From the NCBI RefSeq assembly GCF_018069705.1, contig NZ_CP072943.1, positions 2,943,945 to 3,007,944 on the forward strand: DNA of 64,000 bases, given 5' to 3'. This DNA comes from Aminithiophilus ramosus. GTDB taxonomy: Bacteria; Synergistota; Synergistia; Synergistales; Aminithiophilaceae. This document shows, piece by piece, positions 19,364 through 28,846 of this stretch. Made by a program: the position numbers and the translations under genes. The notes below the pieces were generated by a model, which was not told the DNA's origin, did no database searches, and saw only the letters and a program-made list of their open reading frames with translations. Each line of letters opens with the position of its first letter. The first letter of the stretch is position 1.

Positions 19364-20116
19364 TTGAGCAGCCTCGACAAAGGGATCCGCATCCTCAAAC
19401 TTCTCGGAGAGCCACCCTACGAATACGGCCTCAAAGAGATCTCGGAAAATCTGGACATGGGGCGGAGCGGCGCCTTCAAGCTTCTCGACGCCCTCAGGGC
19501 GGAACACGTCGTCATTCAGGATCGGTCGACGAAAAAGTACCACCTGGGTCCCGTCGTCCTGCGGCTGGGGCGGGTCTACGGCCAACTCAAAGGGCTGGAG
19601 GAGCTGGCCGATCCGATCTTGGCCTACATCCATCGCTCCAGCGGGGAGACGACCTATCTCACCCTCTGGGAGGGCGACCGGGCCTTCCCGGCCTACAAGA
19701 AGAGCACCCCCGAGGGGATCTACGGCTACAACGACTTCATCGGCAAGAGCATCCCCGTCAACTCCGGTGCCTCGGCCATGGCGCTCTGCGCCTTTCAGGG
19801 CGGGGAGAAGATCGCCGCCCTCCTCGGCCAGGCCGAGCTGCCGAAGCGGACCCCCCTCACCGAGACCGACCCCGAACGACTGACGGCGCTCTACGAGACG
19901 ATCCGCCAGAAGGGCTACGCCTTCGAGGACCGGACGTTCAGCCTCGAACATGTCAGTCTCGCCGTTCCCGTCTTCGACCGCAACGGAGAGGTCTGGTCCT
20001 GCCTCTGCCTTTCGGCGGCGACGGAGCGCGCCACAGAGGAAAGGATCACCCAATGGCTTCAACTGCTCAAGGACGGAGCGGAGGAACTTTCGCTCAAACT
20101 CCAGTTCCGTCGCTGA
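19364..20116 (+). CDS. IclR-family transcriptional regulator
   Basis: N-terminal wHTH (ILKLLGEPPYEYGLKEISENLDMGRSGAFKLL) and C-terminal IclR effector domain. TTG start with RBS AAGGAGAG. Confidence 0.75.
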   Translation: MSSLDKGIRILKLLGEPPYEYGLKEISENLDMGRSGAFKLLDALRAEHVVIQDRSTKKYHLGPVVLRLGRVYGQLKGLEELADPILAYIHRSSGETTYLTLWEGDRAFPAYKKSTPEGIYGYNDFIGKSIPVNSGASAMALCAFQGGEKIAALLGQAELPKRTPLTETDPERLTALYETIRQKGYAFEDRTFSLEHVSLAVPVFDRNGEVWSCLCLSAATERATEERITQWLQLLKDGAEELSLKLQFRR

Positions 20117-20221
20117 GCTTTCTGCCTGGCCGTCGAAAAAGGGGAGGTGGTGCGCCGTCAAGCGCTCGAATCGGGGACGGGAAGGGGAAAGGGAATACGG
20201 TGACAGAGAAAGGGGATTGCG

Positions 20222-21229
20222 ATGAAAAAGGCGAAGCGTTTTTTGCTCCTCGGAGCCGCCCTGCTTCTGGCGGTAACGGTCGGAACGGCCCCTGTGGCCT
20301 CGGCCAAGACGACGATCAAGGTGGCGGGGATATCGCCCGTCGAGTACCGCTCGACGCAGTCGCTCTACCGGATCGCCGAAAAGGTGAAGGAGCGGACCGA
20401 CGGTCGCATCGAGATGAAGGTCTTTCCCATGAACCAGCTGGGCGACTACACCCAGGTCTTTGAGGAGATCCGCCGGGGGACGATCGAGATGGGCCTCATC
20501 TTCCTCCCCAGCCAGTTCGACGTGACCCTCGAACTGGGTTCCATGCCCTTCCTGGCCGAGAACTACACCCAGATCCGGCAGGCCCTCTCACCGGGGGCCT
20601 TCGTGTGCGACACCCTTGACGCGGCCCTGGACAAGCTCGGCGTCAAGCAGCTTCGGATCTTCGGCGAAGGCTTCATCGGACTGGGATCGACGAAAAAGCC
20701 GGAAAAACCCCTGGACCCCAAGGCCGACAAGGGCCTTCTCGTGCGGGTCGCTCCCGTGGCCGTCTACAAGTACATGGCCGAGGACATGGGCTTCCGGACG
20801 ACGACGATTCCCTATGCCGACACCTACAGTGCCATTCAGACGGGCGTCTGCGACGGATGGATCGGCGGATCTTCCCAGATCAATTATCAGGTTTTCGGCG
20901 ATGTTATCAAGCACTACGTCGCCTACGACAGCCTTTTCGATCAGACGACGATGATGATCAACAAAAAGCTCTGGGAAGGCCTCTCCGAGGAGGACCGGAC
21001 GGTCCTTCAGGAGGCCGTCGACGCCGAGGCCGATCTGAGCTTCCAGCTCTGCCAGCAGGAAGACGGCGACTATCTGGCCAAGATGAGGGAACGGGGCATC
21101 GAGGTGACGACCTTCACCGACGCCGAGAAGGCCGAGATGGCCCGCTACATCCGTGCCCGGACCTGGCCCAAGCTGAAGGAGCGGCTCGGCGACGATCTCG
21201 TCGATCGCCTCATGGAGGCCTACCAGTAA
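20222..21229 (+). CDS. dctP: TRAP transporter substrate-binding protein (DctP family)
   Basis: Signal peptide and DctP-like fold. Followed by DctQ and DctM. Confidence 0.8.
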   Translation: MKKAKRFLLLGAALLLAVTVGTAPVASAKTTIKVAGISPVEYRSTQSLYRIAEKVKERTDGRIEMKVFPMNQLGDYTQVFEEIRRGTIEMGLIFLPSQFDVTLELGSMPFLAENYTQIRQALSPGAFVCDTLDAALDKLGVKQLRIFGEGFIGLGSTKKPEKPLDPKADKGLLVRVAPVAVYKYMAEDMGFRTTTIPYADTYSAIQTGVCDGWIGGSSQINYQVFGDVIKHYVAYDSLFDQTTMMINKKLWEGLSEEDRTVLQEAVDAEADLSFQLCQQEDGDYLAKMRERGIEVTTFTDAEKAEMARYIRARTWPKLKERLGDDLVDRLMEAYQ

Positions 21230-21291
21230 GACATCGGTCGGGGAGGAAGGAAACCGCTCTTCCTCCCCGACCTCAGACCGGAGGTGACTTC

Positions 21292-21834
21292 GTGAACGCC
21301 ATCGAAGCGATCAAAGGCTCCCTGTTCTGGAGGGTTCTGGGCCTCTTCCAGAAGGCGATCCTCATCCTGTCCAGCCTCTTCGTCGCCCTCATCATGTGCG
21401 CCCAGGTCCTGATGCGCTACGTCTTCAAATCCGATCTCTACGGGATGGAGGAGATCATCGTCATCGTCGCCTTCTGGCTCTATTTCATGGGCAGCTCCTA
21501 CGGCGTCTACGAAAAGAGCCACGTAAGGGCCGACATCATCCCCCAGCTTCTGTCGGAAAAACCCCGGAGGATCCTCTCTCTGGCCGTTCAGGCTACGATG
21601 ACGGCTCTCTGCCTCCTCTTTTCCTGGTGGGGGCTGGACTTCATCGGCTACAGCCTTCAGGAGATGCCCCGGACTCTCATCTGGGCGATCCCTCTCGCCG
21701 TAGGCCAGTCCTCGGTCCTCGCGGGCTACCTGATCATGAGCTTCTATTCCGTCGTCTACCTCGCCGAGGAATTCCTGGAGATCCGGGCTTTCCTGCGCAA
21801 GGATTCGACGGCTGAAGCCACCCAGGCGAGGTGA
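21292..21834 (+). CDS. dctQ: TRAP transporter small permease (DctQ)
   Basis: 4-TM protein. GTG start at 21292 preceded by GGAGGTG. Confidence 0.7.
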   Translation: MNAIEAIKGSLFWRVLGLFQKAILILSSLFVALIMCAQVLMRYVFKSDLYGMEEIIVIVAFWLYFMGSSYGVYEKSHVRADIIPQLLSEKPRRILSLAVQATMTALCLLFSWWGLDFIGYSLQEMPRTLIWAIPLAVGQSSVLAGYLIMSFYSVVYLAEEFLEIRAFLRKDSTAEATQAR

Positions 21835-21841
21835 GCCCGCG

Positions 21842-23146
21842 ATGACGATCGCCGCAGCCCTTCTGCTCATCGTGCTCACCCTCCTCGTCGGCCTGCCCGT
21901 CCCCTTCTGCTTCATGCTCTCCACGACCTTTCTCGTCCTGACTCAGGGCTACGCGCCCAGCTTCCTTCTGCCCTACAGTTTCGGCCAGATGAGTTCCGTC
22001 GTCCTCCTGGCCATTCCCCTTTTCATCATGGTCGGCGGCCTCATGGACCGGGGAGGCATCGGGTCGTCCCTCGTCAATCTCGTCGATGTCGTCGTCGGGC
22101 GCGTCAAGGGAGGCCTGGGCGTCGTCGCCGTCGTCTCCTGCGCCGTCTTCGGCTCCATCTCGGGGAGCTGTGCCGCCACCATTTCCTGCATCGGCTCCAT
22201 CATGTTCCCCCGCCTCCGAGAGAACGGCTATCCCATGGGACACAGCGCCGCCCTCGTCTCCTGCGCCGCCCCGCTGGGGCTGCTCATTCCGCCCAGCTCG
22301 CAGATGATTCTCTACGCCTGGGTGGGGCAGCAGTCCGTCCTGGCCTGTTTCCTCTCGACCGTCGGTCCGGGGATCCTTCTGACCGTTCTCCTATCGATCC
22401 TGAACGTCATCATGCTCCGCAGGGACGAAAAGATCTACGTGGCCCCTCCCATGAGCGGGACCGAAACGATGCGGACCTTGGGCAAGCGCTCCTGGGAGGC
22501 CGCTCCGGCCCTCCTCATGCCCGTCATCGTCCTCGGCGGGACCTACGGCGGCATCATGACGCCCACCGAGGCCGCCGCCGTGGCCGTCCTCTACTCCATT
22601 CCCGTCGGCTTCTGGATCTACCGGGGCCTGAACGGGAAGACCTTCGTCGACGTTCTCGTCGAGACCTCGACGACGACGGGCGTCGTCATGCTCATGATGT
22701 TCTGCATCATGATGCTGAGCCGCATCTATGTCATGGAAGATCTTCCTTCGATGATCATGAACGTCCTCCGCTCCGTCTCGACGAACCCCAAGGTCATTCT
22801 CCTCATGCTCAATATCTTCATGATCATCGTGGGCATGATCATGGATGACGTGAGCGCCATGCTTCTGTGCACCCCCATCCTCCTGCCCGTCGTCATGAAG
22901 CTCGGCGTCAGCCCCATCCACTTCGCCGCCATCATCGGCGTCAATCTCGGCATGGGAAACGTGACGCCTCCGACGGCGCCGACGCTCTACTTCGGCGGCC
23001 GGCTGGCCAAGACGCCCGTCTCTCAGATGCTCAAGCCCGCCATGATTTTCATCCTTTTCGCCTGGCTGCCCACTCTTCTGGCCGTCACCTACCTTCCCGA
23101 CCTGGCCCTATGGCTCCCGCGCCTCGTGCTGGGCAACCGATTCTGA
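21842..23146 (+). CDS. dctM: TRAP transporter large permease (DctM)
   Basis: Polytopic DctM-family protein (GGLMDRGGIGSSLVNLV). Confidence 0.85.
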   Translation: MTIAAALLLIVLTLLVGLPVPFCFMLSTTFLVLTQGYAPSFLLPYSFGQMSSVVLLAIPLFIMVGGLMDRGGIGSSLVNLVDVVVGRVKGGLGVVAVVSCAVFGSISGSCAATISCIGSIMFPRLRENGYPMGHSAALVSCAAPLGLLIPPSSQMILYAWVGQQSVLACFLSTVGPGILLTVLLSILNVIMLRRDEKIYVAPPMSGTETMRTLGKRSWEAAPALLMPVIVLGGTYGGIMTPTEAAAVAVLYSIPVGFWIYRGLNGKTFVDVLVETSTTTGVVMLMMFCIMMLSRIYVMEDLPSMIMNVLRSVSTNPKVILLMLNIFMIIVGMIMDDVSAMLLCTPILLPVVMKLGVSPIHFAAIIGVNLGMGNVTPPTAPTLYFGGRLAKTPVSQMLKPAMIFILFAWLPTLLAVTYLPDLALWLPRLVLGNRF

Positions 23147-23162
23147 ACAAGGAGGATCGATC

Positions 23163-24797
23163 GTGGAGCGACGGGAAAAGATCCTCGAACTGCTTTTTGA
23201 TCTCTGCCGCATTCCCAGCGTCTCTCCCGACGCCGAAGGAGAGCTTGCCGTCGTAAACCTTCTGCGCGACCGCCTCGCCCGGGAACCCTATTTCGCCGAT
23301 TCCGGCGGCGATCTGCGCCTTCTCGATCTCGAGAACGATCCGTTGGAACGGAAGGCCCTCTGGGCCCTCGTCCGGGCCGAACCTCCCACGGAAGCGACGA
23401 TCCTCCTCATGGGACACATCGACGTCGTCGCCCCCGAACCTCTGGCCGATCTGCAACGGCTCGCCTTCGACCCTCGGGCCTACACGGAGGCCCTCAAGGA
23501 AATCGTCCTGCCTCGAAAGATCGACGACGATCTCCGCTCGGGCCAATGGCTCTTCGGCCGAGGCGTGGCCGACATGAAAGGCGGCGTCGCCGTCGAAACC
23601 ATTCTCCTGGCCGAGGCCTCCCACCGTCCTGCGACCCTTCCCTGCAACGTGGCTCTCCTCGTCGTACCCGACGAGGAGACGAGCTCCCTGGGCATGACGG
23701 GGTCTCTCCCCCACCTGGTCCGCCTTCAAGAAGAGGGGCTCCGTTTTCTGGGCTGCATCGACGCCGAGCCCACGGTGACGACGGGAGAGGGTGAGGAGGC
23801 CTCCATCCACCTGGGGAGCATCGGCAAGATCAACCCCTTCTTCCTCTGCCTCGGCAGACGAGCCCACGTCGGAGAGTACTACGAAGGCCTTTCGGGAGCC
23901 CTCATCGGCTCTCACCTCAACACGATCCTCGACGGCAACGCCGACCTGACGGACCGCCTCGACGGCGTGGCCTACCCCGGCTACGCCTCCATCTGGCAGA
24001 GAGATCTCCGGCCCGATTACGGAGCCACCCTGGCCGACAGACAGGGACTTCTCTACAGCCGGCTCACCGTCGACGGCCTCCCCTCCGACCTCATGGAGGA
24101 GCTGACGGCGGCGGCCCTGGAGGCTCAGCGACGGGCTCTGTCCCAGATCGACGCCTCGGCGCGCTCCTTCTCTTTCCACCGCCCCCGCCCCGTGACGCCT
24201 CCCGCAGGGGAGCCCCGGGTCGTCCGCTACGAAACGCTGCTCGATCAGGCCTCGGCGGCAGGCGTCGACGTGACCTCTCTGACGGAAACCGTCCTCGAAA
24301 AGAGAAAAAGCGAGGACCCTCGCCTCGCCGCCCTGGAAATCGCCTCGGCCCTCCTCGACGCGTCGGGAGAGAGGGGCCCCCTCATCGTCGTGGGCTTTCT
24401 CTTCCCCTACTACCCGCACCGGATCAACGGGGGACGTTCCGAGGGCGACCGCCGCATGGCCGCCGTCGCCCAAGCCGTGGCCGAGGCGGCACGAAGCCGT
24501 TTCGGCCGTCATCTGGGCCTCCGCCCCCTTTTCGAGGGCGTCAGCGACCTGAGCTACTGCGGCTTTTCCGCCGACAGGGCCGAGCTGGATCTGCTGGCCC
24601 GTAACGTCCCGGGCTGGGGCAGGCTCTACCGCTTTCCCCTGGAGGCCCTGGCCTCTCTCGATATCCCCATCCTCAACGTGGGTCCTCTCGGGCGGGACGC
24701 CCACAAGAGCACCGAGCGCGTCCATCTCCCTTACCTCCTCGACGAACTTCCCTCTCTTCTGGAAGTGGCCATGGCCGAGGCAGCGGCCTTTCGCTGA
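23163..24797 (+). CDS. M20-family metallopeptidase/amidohydrolase
   Basis: GHIDVV motif and ArgE/DapE/CPG2-type fold. Co-operonic with the TRAP transporter. Confidence 0.65.
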   Translation: MERREKILELLFDLCRIPSVSPDAEGELAVVNLLRDRLAREPYFADSGGDLRLLDLENDPLERKALWALVRAEPPTEATILLMGHIDVVAPEPLADLQRLAFDPRAYTEALKEIVLPRKIDDDLRSGQWLFGRGVADMKGGVAVETILLAEASHRPATLPCNVALLVVPDEETSSLGMTGSLPHLVRLQEEGLRFLGCIDAEPTVTTGEGEEASIHLGSIGKINPFFLCLGRRAHVGEYYEGLSGALIGSHLNTILDGNADLTDRLDGVAYPGYASIWQRDLRPDYGATLADRQGLLYSRLTVDGLPSDLMEELTAAALEAQRRALSQIDASARSFSFHRPRPVTPPAGEPRVVRYETLLDQASAAGVDVTSLTETVLEKRKSEDPRLAALEIASALLDASGERGPLIVVGFLFPYYPHRINGGRSEGDRRMAAVAQAVAEAARSRFGRHLGLRPLFEGVSDLSYCGFSADRAELDLLARNVPGWGRLYRFPLEALASLDIPILNVGPLGRDAHKSTERVHLPYLLDELPSLLEVAMAEAAAFR

Positions 24798-24855
24798 AAG
24801 CCCCATGGGCGATACGTAAAACATCCAAGGACACCCAAAGACCAGCCAAAACGGC

Positions 24856-24890
24856 ACAACGGGGCTCTCAAAAACGGAGAGCCCCGTTGT
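24856..24890 (-). terminator. Rho-independent terminator at the 3' end of the gas-vesicle operon
   Basis: ACAACGGGGCTCTC loop GAGAGCCCCGTTGT, with a T-tract on the minus strand after the hairpin. Confidence 0.7.
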
Positions 24891-24929
24891 TGGATAAGCC
24901 GATATATAAATAAATTTATCGAAAATTAT

Positions 24930-25193
24930 CTATTCAATATCCGTATTACCTCTATAACGCAGGTTTTTTCGTTCAAATGAAATCAATCCTCCATTTTCGT
25001 CGAGAAAGACATCGTAACGACCCAACACATCCATCGTTTCCGGTATGGATTTACGCTCAAGCCCTTCGACAGACACAATCCATTGACCATCCATCCTAGA
25101 AACTCCCACCACTCTCTCTACAGAAAGTTGAGCTAAAAGAGAAAGATCTTCTCTGGCTTTTTTAATAGCCTCTTCAGCATTCACAATTTTCAC
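24930..25193 (-). CDS. Small hypothetical protein, last gene of the gvp operon
   Basis: 87-aa ORF, AT-rich codon usage like the rest of the island. No recognisable motif. Confidence 0.4.
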   Translation of the reverse strand: MKIVNAEEAIKKAREDLSLLAQLSVERVVGVSRMDGQWIVSVEGLERKSIPETMDVLGRYDVFLDENGGLISFERKNLRYRGNTDIE

Positions 25194-25215
25194 TTCCCAT
25201 CATTATATTTACATT

Positions 25216-25779
25216 TCAAGCTATAGAGTTAATCCTATTTTCTAAAACGGATTTGATTTTAAGCATATCACGAGAACGCAACAAGAATGAACCACCTGAC
25301 ACAAGAGAGAAATCCATGACATCCATTTCCAAACTACCTTCATCTTTCTTTTTAGTTACATTAAATATATTTACATCCGACAAAAAACATCTCAATATGA
25401 CATTTTTAGAGTTGTTTTGAGAAACAATTAGTTCGTTAGATGTAATACAAAGAAATCCTGATTTCCAATTTTCATAAGGACAATTATTTTTTAGTATAGA
25501 AACAAATGTTTTCAAAAAGACTTTTTCATTCAAATTTAAAATAAGTTTATTTTTTTCTGTTTCTTCAATGGCATATGCCCTTTGAGCTTCATCCCAATCA
25601 TTCCATATGCCATAACGAAGCATTGTCTCCATTCCAGCAATACAAGCCTTAAGACTTAATCCTAACAAAGGAATTCCAGCAACATGAATAATTATATCAG
25701 CATGAAGAACAATTCCTTTATCTAGAATTCTCTCTAACAAATCAACCAAAGTTGCATCGTAATCCCTAGTAGGCTTCAT
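25216..25779 (-). CDS. GvpJ/GvpM-family protein (GvpA-like core plus C-terminal extension)
   Basis: N-terminus LVDLLERILDKGIVLHADIIIHVAGIPLLGLSLKACIAGMETMLRYG aligns with the GvpA core. Confidence 0.7.
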   Translation of the reverse strand: MKPTRDYDATLVDLLERILDKGIVLHADIIIHVAGIPLLGLSLKACIAGMETMLRYGIWNDWDEAQRAYAIEETEKNKLILNLNEKVFLKTFVSILKNNCPYENWKSGFLCITSNELIVSQNNSKNVILRCFLSDVNIFNVTKKKDEGSLEMDVMDFSLVSGGSFLLRSRDMLKIKSVLENRINSIA

Positions 25780-25788
25780 GCTAACGCT

Positions 25789-26625
25789 TTATTCCACGTA
25801 GTTAGAGCTAATACTCCGAGAAATTCCACTTATATCACCAACAAAGCTATAAAGTGGCCAAGGCCCTGTAAATCTGACAGAAAAACTATCATATAATTTT
25901 ATTTCATCCAAAAAATTACCTAAACCGTCAATTTTATCGTTATCAACCATACAGGACAGGTTTAATATCATTTTAGACGAAGCATCAGTTTTTTTAGGCT
26001 TTTCTATTACAATTTCACTGCAGCAAGACAAAACTTTATTATAAAAATAATCAGAAAACTTATTTATTTCAATTAAAACTTCATCCTTAATGGCCTTATC
26101 TAGTTTTTGTTTATACATATAAGCAACTCCCGGAGACTTCAAATCAATATCTTGCTTTAATTTAAGTAGATATTTATTTTCAAAAGCTATTTTATTTTCC
26201 AAAACATCCGTTGCACAAAAAAGCTGGACAACATATTCATTTTTATTTTTAAATCTACGCATCATGCAGGTTAGAGATTCTTGCTCTTCTTGAAGCCATT
26301 TTAATATTACATGATCAGAAGAAAGCTCTCCCTGAGCGCAGACAATCGTATCAAAACTAACAGGGACAACACAATCAAACACCTTACTCGCTTCATCGAG
26401 CACTCGATGATGATCCATCACCCACGCTCGAACTGAATCCGCCTCTGCCGATCGATAAGGCTGCGGAAGACAATCATGAACGATAGCGCATAAATCCCCG
26501 GAGATAATCATGCGAACCGGTTTGCCACCAATCCCCAAAGAAGTGAAAGACACTCTCTCCAAAATCAAGGCAAGACCATAAACGTACCTCCCATCCTCTT
26601 CAAAAGGTGGAAAAACCTTCTCCAT
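25789..26625 (-). CDS. Gas vesicle protein GvpF/GvpL family (copy 2)
   Basis: N-terminal YVYGLALI..GIGG..V motif typical of GvpF/L. Size 278 aa. Confidence 0.65.
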   Translation of the reverse strand: MEKVFPPFEEDGRYVYGLALILERVSFTSLGIGGKPVRMIISGDLCAIVHDCLPQPYRSAEADSVRAWVMDHHRVLDEASKVFDCVVPVSFDTIVCAQGELSSDHVILKWLQEEQESLTCMMRRFKNKNEYVVQLFCATDVLENKIAFENKYLLKLKQDIDLKSPGVAYMYKQKLDKAIKDEVLIEINKFSDYFYNKVLSCCSEIVIEKPKKTDASSKMILNLSCMVDNDKIDGLGNFLDEIKLYDSFSVRFTGPWPLYSFVGDISGISRSISSNYVE

Positions 26626-26696
26626 CGCCAGCGCCCCCTCATTCAGACAAAAAAGGCCCTGTCCTCCATGGCAAACCCATGGCTAAAGCCTCATCT

Positions 26697-27011
26697 TTAT
26701 CTATCAATCTCATCACGCCAACGCTCTGGATTCACAATACGATCCAAAACGTCACCAACCACTTGATCCAATCCATCGCGCACAGCTTGAACCGACTCAA
26801 CAAGGTCATTATCCTTTTTGATTTCTTCTAGAGCAATTTCAAGCTCCATTAAAGCCTCTCCAAGACGCTCACACTCTGCCTCTCGGATAGAGCCTTCATC
26901 CATTCTTTTAACGGCTTCAATTTTAAGAGCATCGCGAATGACTTCAACAAGAGCTACGACCAACCCCAACAACCCCTGCTTCAAATTTCCTTCGTCAATA
27001 TTAAGAGACAT
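26697..27011 (-). CDS. gvpK: Gas vesicle protein GvpK
   Basis: LLGLVVALVEVIRDALKIEAVKRMDEGSIREAECERLGEALMELE matches the GvpK consensus. Confidence 0.7.
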   Translation of the reverse strand: MSLNIDEGNLKQGLLGLVVALVEVIRDALKIEAVKRMDEGSIREAECERLGEALMELEIALEEIKKDNDLVESVQAVRDGLDQVVGDVLDRIVNPERWRDEIDR

Positions 27012-27014
27012 TAA

Positions 27015-27455
27015 TTACTCCTTGTCAAGCGTTATCTTCAACACACCATTCCTATATTCAATTATATGAGACATTTCGTTTGGTATTCTAGGGACGACGT
27101 TCACGGATGCGATTAAAGTAATTTTATTCCCTTCAGAATATATATCCATACATGAAAATTCTTTATTTAATCCTATCTCATCCACAAACCACCACTGGAA
27201 AAACCATTGCTTACCGTCACACGGATCTATTTTTGATTCTTTAAAAACAATAATGGAGTATCCTAATATTTTTTCAGAATTTGTATTTATTATATGTTTT
27301 ATTCTATAAATTATCTCAAAGTCATTCCTACAGCTTAAATCCCGTCTAAGATCCACTATGCTTGCATGACGTCTCCACCAAACGTCCAGCAGCAAAATTT
27401 TGCTTATTGAATCTATGGAATCCAACAAGTCAGATAAAAAATTCCTGTTGTCCAT
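27015..27455 (-). CDS. Hsp20/alpha-crystallin-like small protein (possible GvpH-type chaperone)
   Basis: C-terminal ...EYRNGVLKITLDK resembles the Hsp20 C-terminal beta strand. Weak overall. Confidence 0.4.
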   Translation of the reverse strand: MDNRNFLSDLLDSIDSISKILLLDVWWRRHASIVDLRRDLSCRNDFEIIYRIKHIINTNSEKILGYSIIVFKESKIDPCDGKQWFFQWWFVDEIGLNKEFSCMDIYSEGNKITLIASVNVVPRIPNEMSHIIEYRNGVLKITLDKE

Positions 27456-27463
27456 ATTTAAAT

Positions 27464-27844
27464 TTAATCTACGATAGCAATGGATTCTTCGTTTTTATCC
27501 AACAAAGACTCTCTAGCCCTGGCACTGACCCATCCGCACCAAGGACAACATTTCGACAAAAGCTCTTCCGTAAAAACTCGCTTTCCGCACTGAGGACATG
27601 TTTCCTTGCCTTTTTGCGCTTCTTTCCAGGCATCTGTATTGTAATTTGTTCCACTTGGAAATTCCAATCCATAATGAGCCGCAGTTTCGAAAGAAGCTAA
27701 AGCAGCTCGTATCTTTATTCCAAGCAATTCAACACCTGCTACAGACACGCAAATATCGGCATTGATAACTAAACCCTTATCTAAAACACGGTCGATAACA
27801 TCGACCAGCGTCGAACTTGCCTCTCGTGTGGGTTGCATAGACAT
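27464..27844 (-). CDS. GvpJ/GvpA-family protein fused to a C-terminal zinc ribbon
   Basis: LVDVIDRVLDKGLVINADICVSVAGVELLGIKIRAALASFETAAHYG (GvpA-like) followed by CPQCG...CPWCG. Confidence 0.7.
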   Translation of the reverse strand: MSMQPTREASSTLVDVIDRVLDKGLVINADICVSVAGVELLGIKIRAALASFETAAHYGLEFPSGTNYNTDAWKEAQKGKETCPQCGKRVFTEELLSKCCPWCGWVSARARESLLDKNEESIAIVD

Positions 27845-27853
27845 CGACCGTTC

Positions 27854-28090
27854 TCACCTCTCAGCCTTTATTTTTTTTAATCTTTCTATTAGATCATTTT
27901 CGAGTTCATCGTATTCATTTTCACTCAAGTTTCCATCTTCCAATGATTTTTGAATTTCTTTAAGCCTAGCTCTAATGGCATCTTCTGTCATCAGGCCTTC
28001 CTTATCTATTTCTTTTTTAATGGCAAGAATAATTTCTTTCGACAAAATAACGGGGATACCTATGAAAATATCTTTTATTAAACCTAACAT
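27854..28090 (-). CDS. gvpG: Gas vesicle protein GvpG
   Basis: 78 aa. MLGLIKDIFIGIPVIL...GNLSENEYDELENDLIERL matches the GvpG family pattern. Confidence 0.7.
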   Translation of the reverse strand: MLGLIKDIFIGIPVILSKEIILAIKKEIDKEGLMTEDAIRARLKEIQKSLEDGNLSENEYDELENDLIERLKKIKAER

Positions 28091-28842
28091 GGTTTTTTAA
28101 AATAATTCATTTCCACATTCAAAAACGTATAGGGAGGCAGAGGAGCAATACACTTAAAATTAAATTTATTATTATACTTTTCATCCAATTTATGGATTGA
28201 TTTTATAAAATCGTCTTTATCGGCTTTTTTTACAAGAAATGAGGCGTTTAGCACATTTTCTATACCAGATTCAGAGTCTTTATGGCTATCAAGAGCTATA
28301 TTTTTGAAATAACCATATATATCATCAGAATAAATATTTCTTTTGTCTAGAAGCAATGATTCTACTAATTTGCCAGCATCTATTTTAATATTTTGTTTTT
28401 CTAACAAAGAAGATGTTTTATTAATTTTAGATTTAATTTTAACTATTTCCTTGTTGTTGACTTCAATTTCTTTTATTTCTGAGTTATAATCCCAATAAAC
28501 CTTGACAACCACCTCAATGACGCCTGATAACCGATTTATTTCATTGACTATGGATTCTTTGCTTTTTTGCAGTAAATCCATCATTTCATTCTTAGATGCA
28601 AGTACACCAAATCCTGCTGGGAGTAAAGTGTATTTATCCATCAAAAATTCTTGCACGGTCGCGTGTGTGGAAATATTTTTCCTGGTCGGATATATTTCAT
28701 CGTTACCAAAGTCACTGACAACAGCAGAAATTTTATCTATACTAATAGAATAAACTTTTGAACTATTAATACCAATTACATCAAAAATCTTAAAATCAGG
28801 CTCATTTATAATACCATAAAAATATTTATTTTTAATATTCAT
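28084..28842 (-). CDS. Gas vesicle protein GvpF/GvpL family (copy 1)
   Basis: KYFYGIINEP...KVYSISIDKISAVVSDF is the GvpF/L N-terminal signature. Confidence 0.65.
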   Translation of the reverse strand: MNIKNKYFYGIINEPDFKIFDVIGINSSKVYSISIDKISAVVSDFGNDEIYPTRKNISTHATVQEFLMDKYTLLPAGFGVLASKNEMMDLLQKSKESIVNEINRLSGVIEVVVKVYWDYNSEIKEIEVNNKEIVKIKSKINKTSSLLEKQNIKIDAGKLVESLLLDKRNIYSDDIYGYFKNIALDSHKDSESGIENVLNASFLVKKADKDDFIKSIHKLDEKYNNKFNFKCIAPLPPYTFLNVEMNYFKKPC

Positions 28843-28846
28843 AAAA

